Source: Candidatus Bathyarchaeota archaeon (GTDB lineage: Archaea; Thermoproteota; Bathyarchaeia; Bathyarchaeales; Bathycorpusculaceae). From it: a DNA stretch of 64,000 bases. Shown piece by piece: positions 27,267 to 37,829 of this stretch. Positions within the stretch are counted from its first letter, which is position 1. Each line of letters begins with the position of its first letter. A program made the position numbers and the translations under genes. The notes beneath the pieces are model-generated. The model was not told the DNA's origin. It searched no databases and saw only the letters and a program-made list of their open reading frames with translations. The DNA is taken from the NCBI GenBank assembly GCA_963707955.1, contig OY970176.1, forward strand, positions 2,240,001-2,304,000. The letters are read 5' to 3'.

Positions 27267-28533
27267 ACATCTGGCAGAAACATCCCCCTTAAGACAATTT
27301 TTCTGGCGAAAAGAAAGGAAAGCAGACGGAATTAGTTATCCTATACCTCTCAAAGAACAATATGTAGATTTCTTGAGACTTGTTTTGGGGCTTCATATAA
27401 TAGAAATCAGACATCTTGAATACGTCAAAGAACTGAGAATGGAAACAAGCTATCCGGATGATTTTCTTTCTATAGTCAATGATTGCGAGTCACTTTTCTA
27501 TTTGTTGGCAAATATGAAGGTAAACCTCAAGATTATTCCAAGCAGTTCCAGACATAGCTGGAGAAAAATCGATGAAGGTACTTTATATAAAGATATCGTT
27601 CCATTTTCCGGTGGATTAGACAGTCTATGTGGCGCTCTTAGTTCATCAAAACATTCAAGAATCATTCTGTCTCACTGCAAGACGAATCTGGTCATCTTTG
27701 GCAAGGTTTTGAAACTTTCAGACATGAATTCTTTCAAAAGGTCCGTTTTATATTGTATGGATGCTACGTCCAAAACACCGATAGCTGGAGTATCCGATAC
27801 GAGGGGATTACTTTTCCTTTCATTCGCTTATGCAATTGCTGCTTCTTTGGACCTAAGATACGTGACATTTTGCGAAAATGGCTCGCAGATGCTTGACGTG
27901 ATGCTAGGTTCATTAGTCTATCCGAATAAACCCGCCACGAAGAATACAAACCCAGTCTATATTGACAAAATTGAGAGCATTTTCAGCAACTTCTATGATA
28001 AAACCTTCAAAATCGAATGCCCTTTCAAGGACATGACAAAGGCTGAAATGCTTCTTCCATTAAAAAATGAAATAAGATTCGAAGATACTTACTCATGTTT
28101 CAGCCCAAGGGGCAGGGCTGCAATGTGCGGGGAATGCTATAACTGCTTCGTAAGAAGACTATCCTTATTGGCAATAAACGTCGCAGAGAAAAATAATGTG
28201 TATGAAGTAAATCCTTTCACGGTTACGCATGAAATACATCACGAGGGAAGCGCTCCGTCAACGAACATCCTATTTCATTTCTTAAGGTTCTATAGCCAAA
28301 TACTAATGAGGAATTCCTCTTCGATGAATGAGATAGAAGTAAGCTCAAGAGGCTATTTTAGAGACCCCTTGGATTTGGCTACTCGATTCGCCGAAGATGT
28401 ATTTCTAGGTGTCAATGGACTATTAGGCGCGATTGGTGAAAACCAGTTGAACGCACTAGGAAAAAAAGCAAGAGAGTTGCTTGATCAGCTTGACAAGAAA
28501 ACCCTGAGAGAAAGAAAAGAGGAATTGACCTGA
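27235..28533 (+). CDS. QueC-like (QatC-type) PP-loop ATPase
   Basis: FSGGLDS, RG.LF...A, ENG, T.P, PF...TK.EM, TYSC, CG.C..C.VRR; extended N- and C-termini unlike housekeeping QueC. Confidence 0.88.
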   Translation: MSLNLDSLLSEHLAETSPLRQFFWRKERKADGISYPIPLKEQYVDFLRLVLGLHIIEIRHLEYVKELRMETSYPDDFLSIVNDCESLFYLLANMKVNLKIIPSSSRHSWRKIDEGTLYKDIVPFSGGLDSLCGALSSSKHSRIILSHCKTNLVIFGKVLKLSDMNSFKRSVLYCMDATSKTPIAGVSDTRGLLFLSFAYAIAASLDLRYVTFCENGSQMLDVMLGSLVYPNKPATKNTNPVYIDKIESIFSNFYDKTFKIECPFKDMTKAEMLLPLKNEIRFEDTYSCFSPRGRAAMCGECYNCFVRRLSLLAINVAEKNNVYEVNPFTVTHEIHHEGSAPSTNILFHFLRFYSQILMRNSSSMNEIEVSSRGYFRDPLDLATRFAEDVFLGVNGLLGAIGENQLNALGKKARELLDQLDKKTLRERKEELT

Positions 28534-28808
28534 TTGGCACCTAGGGGATAATACGCCAAACGAACGTGGCGCACTATCACTTAGAATGTCCTTTCAAGAG
28601 TTCTCGCGCGCGCTATTTGCAATCTTTCGGTTCTAGGAGGTATTTGGGAATTGGTATGGCAGATGCTCTAGATAAAATACTTCAATATGTGGACGTAACT
28701 GTGAAAGAAATCTGTCTTCGTTCATTTCTGGATCTGGATTCACCAGAGCTTTGATTAGCTGTTCTTTATGAAAGTCCTTTAGATTTGGATCTCTCTTGTA
28801 GCGTGCGC

Positions 28809-29741
28809 TCAGATAATCACTGGTTTATTTTTTTGCTTATTTGTTCTTTGTTCCAGTTTTATTAGGACCAGACTTAGTAGTGCCATCGTCGTTGTTCCAA
28901 TGACTATCGGAATCCAATTGGCGGATACAGCCTCAAGATTCGCCCATATGCCCATTCGATAAAGAACAAGCCAAATACCAAGGCAGACAAGACCTGCAAC
29001 GAAAAGGGGTTTTTTCCAGATGTTGCGGTGCTTGATCATCGTTTGGGGAATTATTTTTAGAGGCTCTTTTCTATCTCTCCGGTCTAGTTCGCCCGACCAA
29101 TAAACTAGTCCGAAAAATGCGAACCCTGCAACAAACGGATAGTAAAATGACCATGGTTTGGCGAAGACCTCTAGATTCGATCCATTTGGCACTAGCAACC
29201 AGATTATTGAAAGGAATATTGCTCCTAAAAGGAAACCGCGATCTAATAGGTGACTGTTAAGTGCTGGTCCGTATATTCTCCGCCACGGTGTAGGCTGGTC
29301 ACCGGGCAAGCGAAGATCTGGATCTGCTTGTTCTATGATGCCTCTAGGGTCTTCTTGAAAGAAGTAGACTTTTCCATTTTCAATAGGAAGCTGTGGATTT
29401 CCATCAGCATCAATTGTGCCGCGTTTAACCCATCTTGTTAGGGGATAGAACCATTCACAGCCTCTATCTTTTGCGGTGGTAAACGAGTCCTGCAAGGCGT
29501 GCATAAAAATACCGAGTGAAAAGAAAGGGCTCAAAAGAAACCCTGCCGCCATCACAAACACATTATGAAACCTTGCCCTGTGAGGTTGTTCATCTCGATA
29601 TTTCTTTGCTCGAACAAACCAATACTCTCTGTCCAAATCGGGGACAAAGGCTCCGAGACAAACGAGTAGCGCGGCGTCAGCACGACCAAAGAAAATTAGC
29701 CCTACAGCAAAAGCAAATACAACATGCGTTGTTAACTCCAA
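28809..29741 (-). CDS. YdjM-like membrane-bound metal-dependent hydrolase
   Basis: TH, GA..PDLD, HR..FH, H.LQD.FT, multiple TM helices. Confidence 0.82.
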   Translation of the reverse strand: MELTTHVVFAFAVGLIFFGRADAALLVCLGAFVPDLDREYWFVRAKKYRDEQPHRARFHNVFVMAAGFLLSPFFSLGIFMHALQDSFTTAKDRGCEWFYPLTRWVKRGTIDADGNPQLPIENGKVYFFQEDPRGIIEQADPDLRLPGDQPTPWRRIYGPALNSHLLDRGFLLGAIFLSIIWLLVPNGSNLEVFAKPWSFYYPFVAGFAFFGLVYWSGELDRRDRKEPLKIIPQTMIKHRNIWKKPLFVAGLVCLGIWLVLYRMGIWANLEAVSANWIPIVIGTTTMALLSLVLIKLEQRTNKQKNKPVII

Positions 29742-29910
29742 CTTGCATCAAGCTAATTATTACATCATCCCCAATTTAACTGCTTTCTCAGCTGTCTCAG
29801 GATGTGTGAATATCGTTTCAACGATGTCTACCATCGCCGTAGAATCAGCTATGTTCTTTATTCTCTCTGATCCATTGCCCTTGAATGAAGCTAGTTGTTA
29901 TCCCAGAAGA

Positions 29911-30474
29911 TTATCCGTGGCGCTCGGCTTTTAATTTTTTGGAGAATAAACCTTCCAGGCAGTAGACTGTAAGCTTCTCTTTTTCTGGGCATTTTGCTCC
30001 AAGGTCGCACTTTGGGCAAAGCTGGGAAACATCTTTCACGTTGAGGGTGCCCATTCGTTCGTGCAGGGCATAGAGCAGCTTAAGGTATTTTCCCTCAGCT
30101 ATTCTCGGAACATCATACCGCCTATCTAGCCCATACCACTCATAGAGCCGCCTATCACCCTTGGAAGAGTTACAGCTCTTACAAACCCAGACCGCATTGT
30201 CAGGCAAATCTGGCCCTCCTCTTGACTTCGGCAAAATGTGATCAAGTGTAAGATCTTTCTTGCCACCACAATAAATGCACTCTCCAGTCTTCTCACGCTC
30301 CTTCACGTACTCCCGAATAGAAGTCGACCACAGGATCTCCCCAGAAGCAAGCTTCTTGAACCTGTCCATCACAAAACCGTACTGCCTCTTCCCAGCACCG
30401 GCAGACTCTGAAATGATCTTGGCATACTGCCAGAAAATCAAGTCTCCGACAGTTTTCACGGCACTAGGAGGCAA
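29911..30474 (-). CDS. HNH endonuclease
   Basis: CIYCG....LTLDHILPKSRGG.D...N.V..C..CNSSKG. Confidence 0.92.
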   Translation of the reverse strand: MPPSAVKTVGDLIFWQYAKIISESAGAGKRQYGFVMDRFKKLASGEILWSTSIREYVKEREKTGECIYCGGKKDLTLDHILPKSRGGPDLPDNAVWVCKSCNSSKGDRRLYEWYGLDRRYDVPRIAEGKYLKLLYALHERMGTLNVKDVSQLCPKCDLGAKCPEKEKLTVYCLEGLFSKKLKAERHG

Positions 30475-30522
30475 TAATACACCCAGAGTAACTAGGGTCG
30501 ACAGGCCTTTTATGCTTTAAAC

Positions 30523-30693
30523 TAGCGCGCGCTAACTTTTCCGACACATCCAATGCTGGTTGGATAAAACTTTACACCTCAAACCCAAACCTAAACCCAA
30601 ACGTTTACTGACTAAACTTCTAACTTACCTATACTCTTACTCTCTTCACACATAATACAAGACATAATATACACATAAAACACGCGCGCGCTA
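30523..30693 (+). repeat. Box + G-poor tract element, copy 4, bounded by GC palindromes on both sides
   Basis: TAGCGCGCGCTA 30523-30534; box 30562-30577; nearly G-free tract; CGCGCGCGCTA ending 30693. Confidence 0.88.
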
Positions 30694-30720
30694 CGTACAT
30701 ACGGACCGCATAAATCGGCG

Positions 30721-31668
30721 TTACAATCGATCTTCAGGAGGAGTCGGATTTGGGGATGCCCCGTTTAAATGAGGTAGGAGCGCCCTGTAAATTGTGGAAT
30801 TGATAGGGGTCTCCACCCCCTTCTCTCGACCCAATCGAACAATGGTGCCGATCAAAGCGTCAAGTTCCAGCCGATGACCCGCCATGAGGTCAACCTGCAT
30901 AGACGGCCTAGCCCACGTCGCATACCCCTCTAACATCTTCATAGTGTCATCAACGAATCTTTCAGGTATCGTGACTCCAGACGCCTTTGCCACAGCAACG
31001 TTCTCCTCCATCGTATCGCGTACCAATTGCCAAGAATCAGAGCAATCTCAGACAGGCCCTGCTGGGAGCCTAATCAATGAAAAGACCCCGTTGACCGCTG
31101 AGTTGGAGAGCATCTTCTCCCACAATGCCTGTCGGATATTTGGGTGAAGCTCGGCGGCGATATTAGCTTCTTTGAGAACCTTGGAGATCTCTTCTGTGCG
31201 CCTCGTCACGCCTCCTGCGAGTTCCCCGAATATTAGCCTCGTCGAACCTCCGTGTATGATAACGCCTGGTTTCTCGACTCTGGCGTTCACCCAGGAGACT
31301 CCTCCGAGGACATGCTCTAATCCAACTATATTCCCTATGTGGTCAGCGGCCTCTACGCCGTTCTGAACTGGGATTATGACGGTTCCTTCACTGATAAGTG
31401 GTGACATCTGCTGCGCGGCGGAGTCGAGGTCGTAGGTCTTCACGCAGAACATGATTAGGTCAACGGGGTCAACTTCGGCGGGCCTATCAGTTGCTTTCAC
31501 GGATAATTTGATGTCTCCGAGTGAGTTGGATTTGACGAATAGGCCATTAGCCCTCAGGGCATCCAGGGTTTGCCCCCTAGCGATTAGGGTTACATCGTTT
31601 CCAGCATTTGCGAGAAGCGCTCCGAAGAAGTCGCCTTCACCTCCAATCCCGACGACAGCTATTCTCAT
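30721..31668 (-). pseudogene. panE: 2-dehydropantoate 2-reductase with in-frame TGA at 31048-31050
   Basis: Rossmann start, CVKTYD, QNGVE, LWEK, then in frame SMQVD..AG..LELD...G. Confidence 0.88.
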
Positions 31669-31766
31669 AATTTACAAAATAGTTGAAATAGCATTTATAT
31701 TATTCTTTGTATGTACGATCAGTAATTATTAGCGAGTAATTGAGCTGAAGCCCGAAAATGCTCAGG

Positions 31767-31825
31767 TATGTGTCGGGATTAAATTTTACCCCCCAAACCC
31801 AACCCAAAAAACACACAAAACCCAT
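31767..31825 (+). repeat. Box element, copy 5 (short)
   Basis: GGATTAAATTTTACCC 31776-31791 followed by cccaaacccaacccaaaaaacacacaaaaccc. Confidence 0.7.
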
Positions 31826-31890
31826 GTGAGAAATGCAGAACTGTTATAACAAGAAAAAATAGGGATAGATAGTATGCTTCGAGTAGCGGG

Positions 31891-32340
31891 TTAGCTTGTT
31901 GTGATCGACCACTCGCATGGAATTTTTCCTGTTTTCGCCGTGGCTTTCCATCCCAACAGTTTTGCTGTGTCCACGACTGATGCAGCACAGAATTCGCACA
32001 GTGGTGTTCCAGGACCTCCAACGCCAATTTTTGATGCCCCACATGTGGTTGCTTGAAGAACAACCTTCCTAGGCGACTCTTCAAGAACTTTTATGTCGTT
32101 GCCTACGATCTGAAAGAATGTGCGAGCATAGTTCAGAGCCTTTAATGCTCCCTCTCCTGGCGTTTGTTTCCACACATCCGAGTTAACAGAATCCTTCGCG
32201 AAAGCAGCAAAGAATTTCTTAACCCCTTCGTCACCATAATTGCTTCTGATGAAGGCTATGGCACTTATCATTCCCACGTTGCCGAAAGACCTGGCGCCTG
32301 CAAGCTTCTCCTCTAAAGAAAGAGCTTTGCCCATATTCAT
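31891..32340 (-). CDS. V4R/ATC-hydrolase-like small protein
   Basis: V.EES...VVL..T.C, CEFC, G..PCEW.I pattern. Confidence 0.6.
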   Translation of the reverse strand: MNMGKALSLEEKLAGARSFGNVGMISAIAFIRSNYGDEGVKKFFAAFAKDSVNSDVWKQTPGEGALKALNYARTFFQIVGNDIKVLEESPRKVVLQATTCGASKIGVGGPGTPLCEFCAASVVDTAKLLGWKATAKTGKIPCEWSITTS

Positions 32341-32765
32341 CCCCTCACCCTCTACCATCTCTAGTTTCCACTTATAACATTTTGTATTCAACTAGAAGCA
32401 TTAGTTTGGTAGTAATTTGGCACAACAACTCTGGGAATCCAATTTTCCCTTTCATTTCTCAAATATTTGGCAAACAGTAAAGCCTCTTCATTGATCAGAG
32501 TTTCAATTTCCTGACGCTTACCCATCCTCACCCTTGAAACATCAACCTTGCTCTGGAAGAACGCGCGCTAAGCATTATTACACTAAAGGGATTTCCGCGT
32601 GTCCAAGGCACAAGTTCTACATTCGGACCATACATCGGGAGAAACCTCGCACTCTACATTTCGAAGAATACCCGAAAGCCGAGCTTGAAGAGAACAGCAG
32701 GTCTTCCACTGCGGAGTGGTACGGAAAGGATATAGCTGAACCATACGAGGTAGATTAGTGCAGGG

Positions 32766-33542
32766 ATGGGGAGAGGTTTGAGCGACGACGAGTCCGTTTG
32801 CAAGCCGTCTGACGCCGTCAGTTATGCTGCCAAAAGCAAAAAGGTCTCGATAGAATCGCTAGGAATCCCTCAGCGCCTTGTATTGACTTACCAGAGAAGC
32901 ACGTTTGAATGCGCAAGAAACCTGATCAAAGGCAAATGCGTCGAATGGCTTTATGGTGAAAGCCAGCCTTTCTGCGTTGGGCAGGTAGACGGCTTAGAAG
33001 TTGGAGTTGGTCGCTTCTGGATAGGAACTCCTGCTGCCGGTTTCACGTTGGAGGAAGCCATTGCATGCGGTGCAAAGACTGTTTTTGAAGTTGGCGTCTC
33101 AGGCGGAATCCAGTCTAACCTTCAACCAGGCGACATTGTTGTCGTAACCGGAGCGATTCGTGATGAGGGAACCTCGTACCATTATTTCCCACCAGAAGTG
33201 GAAGTTGAGTCCGACATTCCACTTAGAGACAAGCTGATTGAGCATCTGAAGGAGAAGAGAATCAGACATCTCATCGGTCCTGTCTGGTCGACTGATGGAG
33301 CTTACAGAGAAACCCGAGGAAAACTTGGAAAGTTCAAACAACGCGGAATCCTGACTGTCAATATGGAGACGTCTGCCGTTTTTGCCATTGCTAAATACAG
33401 GAATGTTAAGGCTGCTTCAGCGCAGGTCACCTCTGACATCTTGACTGAGAATGGGTGGCAGCTAGCTTTCGGAGACCAATCAATTAGAGAAAGCACAAAG
33501 GTCCTTTTGAAGGCTGTCATAGAGACTATTTCTGAAGAGTAG
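32766..33542 (+). CDS. Nucleoside (uridine/purine) phosphorylase family protein
   Basis: G.P.A...LEE, GD.VV...AIRDEGTS.HY, WSTD..YRET, VNMETSA. Confidence 0.92.
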   Translation: MGRGLSDDESVCKPSDAVSYAAKSKKVSIESLGIPQRLVLTYQRSTFECARNLIKGKCVEWLYGESQPFCVGQVDGLEVGVGRFWIGTPAAGFTLEEAIACGAKTVFEVGVSGGIQSNLQPGDIVVVTGAIRDEGTSYHYFPPEVEVESDIPLRDKLIEHLKEKRIRHLIGPVWSTDGAYRETRGKLGKFKQRGILTVNMETSAVFAIAKYRNVKAASAQVTSDILTENGWQLAFGDQSIRESTKVLLKAVIETISEE

Positions 33543-33590
33543 CGCGCGCAAAAACGTTAAGCGGTTTTTTCGTGGACCCGCTGCTTGTTC

Positions 33591-34295
33591 TTAAAGTTCT
33601 AAAGTCTGGGAAGCGTAGGGCGCAAGTATGATTACTTTTGTCTGCGGCATTTTCTCCTTTATCATGTTTTCGAATTTGTTGTATTGTCCTTTGGATCCGT
33701 GCATGACCACGACGACGTTTGGCTTTAATTCAGAGGCCATTTTGAAGGAGTTTTCGGGGGACGCCGTTCGAGACCATCGCCCTGTAGGCAGAAAAGCTAG
33801 TTGTGACTGATAATCCTTCACGGGCACGTATCCTGAGTCGCCCGCGTGGAACACGAGAAGGTTCCCCATTTTTACCTGGAAGAGCATTATTGGACCACTG
33901 TGAACTCCTTGAACGGCCTTTACGATGAGGTCTCCATAAGCGTACGTTTGACCGGACGTCGCACTTGTCAGCTTGTCGCCGGGGATTTTTCCTTTCAATT
34001 TGTTGGCGACTTTAGCCTCGGCCAATATAGGCGCTCCAGTCGTCTTGAAAAGTTTCAAAGTCTTGCCTTCACTGAAATGATCCATATGGCTGTGCGTGAA
34101 GAGCAGAAGGTTGACTTCTTTGAGGGCCGCGGCCTCGTCATCCTTCAAAAAGCCTGCCGCGTCGATCAGAACGCTTTGTTTCGAGGTTCTTGCGAGGATT
34201 CCTGAAGCCCCGAGGTACATAACGGCAATCTGGTTCTCAGAAAGCCCTAAAGCAAAAAATTTGCCGATTTCTTCAGCCTTGCTCTGTCTAAACAC
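33591..34295 (-). CDS. MBL-fold metallo-hydrolase
   Basis: THSHMDHF, H, FHAGDS, MHG. Confidence 0.88.
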   Translation of the reverse strand: MFRQSKAEEIGKFFALGLSENQIAVMYLGASGILARTSKQSVLIDAAGFLKDDEAAALKEVNLLLFTHSHMDHFSEGKTLKLFKTTGAPILAEAKVANKLKGKIPGDKLTSATSGQTYAYGDLIVKAVQGVHSGPIMLFQVKMGNLLVFHAGDSGYVPVKDYQSQLAFLPTGRWSRTASPENSFKMASELKPNVVVVMHGSKGQYNKFENMIKEKMPQTKVIILAPYASQTLEL

Positions 34296-34395
34296 AAATT
34301 ATCGCCATTCCTCTGTGGGAGCTACTTACTATAAATATCTTGACCGACCGGCTTGATAATCCTTGATAGGCTGAATTATCTGTATGGTAAACCGC

Positions 34396-35097
34396 CTACG
34401 TTGATGGCACTGCACTTAGTCTCTCCATAATCTCGTCTGCGGATAAGACCATTGCGAACCCTTTTCTCAGAGTCTTCAGCTCTGCTTCGTGGAGAGTTGG
34501 GTCGTCGGTGGAAGTCACGTCGCTTCCAATCACAACCTTGAATCCTCTCTCGTAAGCTTGTCTGGCGGTTGTGCCGCAACAGAAATTCGTCAGTGTACCG
34601 CAAATAATGACGGTGTCCTTGTCCAGGTTCTTAAGGATAGTTTCCAAGGGAGTGTCATAGAAGGCACCGTATGATGGCTTTTGGATAACTATCTCCTCGT
34701 CTAAAGGGGCGATTTCATGCCATATGTTCCCGTCCTTGAACCAAGACGGATCCTTGGATCCTAACTCTCCGTAGCGGTTTGACATAAACTTCCCAGCTAA
34801 TGGGCGATCAAAATAATTGTGGGTCTTTGCAAAGACAGTGAAAATAGCTGGAATCCCCTTGTTCCTGCAGAACTCCAATAGACGCTTTATGCGTGGCACT
34901 TGGCGAGTTGCCTCAGGAACCCAGAAAGGTGTCCAATGAGGTTTCACGAATTCATCCTGCATGTCAATAACCAGCAAAGCGCATCTGACTTGTTTGACAT
35001 CAAAGACAGGGTTCTTCTCATAGGCCTGTTTCGCCAGCTCTAGGACATCTCGCTCTGTGAACTCATGACTATCTGATTGAAATCTTCGCTTCGACAT
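34396..35097 (-). CDS. Isochorismatase-family cysteine hydrolase
   Basis: ALLVIDMQ.EF, K.SYGAFY.T.LE, G..TNFCC.TTAR.A. Confidence 0.92.
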   Translation of the reverse strand: MSKRRFQSDSHEFTERDVLELAKQAYEKNPVFDVKQVRCALLVIDMQDEFVKPHWTPFWVPEATRQVPRIKRLLEFCRNKGIPAIFTVFAKTHNYFDRPLAGKFMSNRYGELGSKDPSWFKDGNIWHEIAPLDEEIVIQKPSYGAFYDTPLETILKNLDKDTVIICGTLTNFCCGTTARQAYERGFKVVIGSDVTSTDDPTLHEAELKTLRKGFAMVLSADEIMERLSAVPST

Positions 35098-35315
35098 ATA
35101 CTTAACGCCGCATCATTTTCGCTTATTTGTCTTTTGGGAGTGGATATTTGTTCCCGGTGTCTCGATACCCGCCAAGTGGAATCAGCGCAGATAGAGCTTC
35201 CAATCACGCTTGCAAACGCCACCTGATCTTCCCATCCTTCTCCCGCAAGAGCGGGACAAAGTCGCGCGCGGCCAATTAGAAGAATTAATAAAGTTACAGA
35301 CTGAAACGGCAAGTC

Positions 35316-36137
35316 ATGATTGATGATTCGTTACTGATACGTTATATTCTAGCATTTGCGGTGGGAAGCTTGTGGGTAACCCTCATAACTATTATTGCTG
35401 AAAGAAGAGACAGTGCAGTCGGCGGCATTCTAGGAGGGCTCCCATCTACATCAGCTTTTGCATTCTTATTCATCGGGCTAAACCAATCTTCATCGGCTGC
35501 AGTTCAGGCCACAACCGTCTTTCCATTAGTGTTCAGCTTCACAAGCGCCTTCCTCTTGTTCTACGCGTTCTTCGCCCGCAAAGGATTCACCGTCGGTTTC
35601 ACCATTTCCCTATTAATATGGTTTTTAGTCTCCGTCATAATCGTCGTGTCGGGCCTGAAAGACTTCGCATTTTGTTTAGGTAGCGGTGTTTTGGTCTCCG
35701 CAGCGGTCTACTACATTTTTGCCAAAAGACTTAACCTTGAAAAATTGACTGGGGAAAAGCGGCCTTATACTCCTATGCAGATTTTAGGGCGCGCAATTGG
35801 CGCTGGCTCTCTCGTTTTCCTCGCGGTACTACTTAGCCAAATTGGAGGTCCCATCATCGGCGGAATCGCCTCCGCGTTTCCCGCGATTTTCAGTTCAACT
35901 TTGATTATCCTTTACAAGAGCGAAGGAACAGAGTTCTCCCGTGCCATGACAAAGCCATTGGTAATATCTGGTATTCTGACAGTTATTCCCTACGGCGTTG
36001 CAGTAAGATACCTGTATCCCAGTATCGGCATCTGGCTCGGGACCCTCAGCTCCTACGCCATAATAGCACCTCTAGCTGTCCTCTCCTACTTCATACTTCA
36101 GCCCAAACGAAAACAAAATCAGATTCTGTTCGATTAA
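35316..36137 (+). CDS. DUF3147-like integral membrane protein
   Basis: GG.L.GLPS and GG..SAFP internal repeat, multiple TM helices. Confidence 0.78.
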   Translation: MIDDSLLIRYILAFAVGSLWVTLITIIAERRDSAVGGILGGLPSTSAFAFLFIGLNQSSSAAVQATTVFPLVFSFTSAFLLFYAFFARKGFTVGFTISLLIWFLVSVIIVVSGLKDFAFCLGSGVLVSAAVYYIFAKRLNLEKLTGEKRPYTPMQILGRAIGAGSLVFLAVLLSQIGGPIIGGIASAFPAIFSSTLIILYKSEGTEFSRAMTKPLVISGILTVIPYGVAVRYLYPSIGIWLGTLSSYAIIAPLAVLSYFILQPKRKQNQILFD

Positions 36138-36219
36138 GGTACATATATGAACGATATTTCGTTGTCTGTTTTTCCCAATTAACAATCACTTTTTTATATA
36201 GGTGCTTTTATTTTTCTAA

Positions 36220-36666
36220 TTGGAGAAGCGTGATTCTGTGGCTACGGTAGACATTACCCAGAAGTACAAAGAAACTCTAAGCAGAATGCGAGACTATTTG
36301 ACTGACAACAATACTATGGCATGTGTAAATAATTCTCAAGACTTGACACATTATTCCAGTTTCCTTGATTTTGATGAAGGTGTTTTCGTTGGCGAATTTC
36401 TTGAGGGAATTTTAGACGATTTTGACAGCATGGTCAAGATGTTTGAACATAAAAAAGAGGAAATTGAACCAACCAAGACCAAGATAGGTTCGCTGATTAA
36501 GTTTCTTCAAACATATTTTCCACCAAAGAATGATAAGGCAAAGGCAGAGTTGTATGACATTTTAGTTTCAACTCGTTCATATGTAACTAGATCATACACA
36601 ACTTTCATGCGAGAAAAAGAAATCAAAGAACCGCCAATGAGAGGCGGATTTGAGACTACTAGCTAG
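36220..36666 (+). CDS. Hypothetical protein
   Basis: 148-aa ORF after TTTTTATATA box. Confidence 0.65.
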   Translation: MEKRDSVATVDITQKYKETLSRMRDYLTDNNTMACVNNSQDLTHYSSFLDFDEGVFVGEFLEGILDDFDSMVKMFEHKKEEIEPTKTKIGSLIKFLQTYFPPKNDKAKAELYDILVSTRSYVTRSYTTFMREKEIKEPPMRGGFETTS

Positions 36667-36691
36667 TGACAGATAGCGAGAGAAAAGAAAC

Positions 36692-37147
36692 ATGAGCGAT
36701 CTGTATTTGCGAAGAAAGAACCCTCAACCACTACATGCCACTCTGCCTAAGTATTATCCAAGAAAAAGAAGGAGAGTGATGCCTCACGGGTACTACAGTG
36801 AGCTATTGAAGCGGGACATCGGTGAACCTATTCGTTTAGAGTTGCATCCTAACATTCCAGCTAGTTATGAAATTGTTGTGGCTGACCTTGAGAGTACACA
36901 GAGACATCTCAAGTCGATGAGTGCTAGACTTGCGAAATTGGAAAGCCGTGTTCCTGAACAGATTGAAGTTAGAGACCTACCGTTGAAAGAAGCTAAGAAA
37001 TTGGTCAAGAATTTCTTGAAGAAATATCTTGAGGAAAATCGAAGAGTTTACCCTAGTGATGTAGCTGATGCGCTTTGCCTAGAATATGAGAGAGTATGCG
37101 AAGTGTTTAATGTTCTAGAGGAAGAGGGAAAACTGAGGAAGGAGTGA
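36692..37147 (+). CDS. Hypothetical protein with C-terminal winged HTH
   Basis: YPSDVADAL.L.YE.V......L.EEG. Confidence 0.75.
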   Translation: MSDLYLRRKNPQPLHATLPKYYPRKRRRVMPHGYYSELLKRDIGEPIRLELHPNIPASYEIVVADLESTQRHLKSMSARLAKLESRVPEQIEVRDLPLKEAKKLVKNFLKKYLEENRRVYPSDVADALCLEYERVCEVFNVLEEEGKLRKE

Positions 37148-37150
37148 AGC

Positions 37151-37348
37151 GTGTCAAAACAATCCTTGATTTGGCACATAAATACGTATGATGCAATAAA
37201 GGGCGAAAGGGTAGTTATTGAAGCAAGAAGGTTTGGCAAGCCACATGAGATAAGCGGGAAAACAAGTAGACATGGTGCGTCAAGAGTGAAGGCTGATAAG
37301 GCAGAGGCTTGGGTAGAACAAGCATATGTTGCTGGCACTAATTGGTGA
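37151..37348 (+). CDS. Small hypothetical protein
   Basis: GTG start 3 bp after the upstream stop, GGAG upstream. Confidence 0.5.
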   Translation: MSKQSLIWHINTYDAIKGERVVIEARRFGKPHEISGKTSRHGASRVKADKAEAWVEQAYVAGTNW

Positions 37349-37829
37349 GAGTGGGAGTAACTGCTAAGCTGTTGTGATATGTCTCACAGCTAGAAAACTG
37401 AACGGTTTTATGCTTCTTGTTCTCTACTTCGTCGTCATTATAGGTTTGAGCCTTTTCAATTGCCTTTTATGGCGTGGTAGTATGGATTTTGAGTTGGCAA
37501 CAGTTAGCGACCCGCGCGCGCTAATCCCCAAAACAGTTCTGTGTCTAACCTTGTCAAGACTTTCTTTTAATGACTACTAAGGGATTACTCATGTTCCTAG
37601 CGCACGCAGAGCATTCGTGTGTGCAATCGCCGGAAGCGGTGTCATCACGGTTATTGCTGCAAGGAACGACACTGACTCACCCGTATGGGTTCTGTGGCCC
37701 TGCGAGAACACCCGTTTGTCGATATCATCGGCATCGATACCCGGCGCGTGGATGTTGTGCGTCAGCATATTGCCTTTTCACTTTGTTTCAAGATGGATCT
37801 CCTTGTCGACCATGGTGCGCGCTGATTGC

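Noticed and set aside
27235-28533. Housekeeping queuosine/archaeosine QueC
   Set aside because: Much longer than canonical QueC, has QatC-type ENG and T.P motifs, and no queD/queE/folE neighbours.
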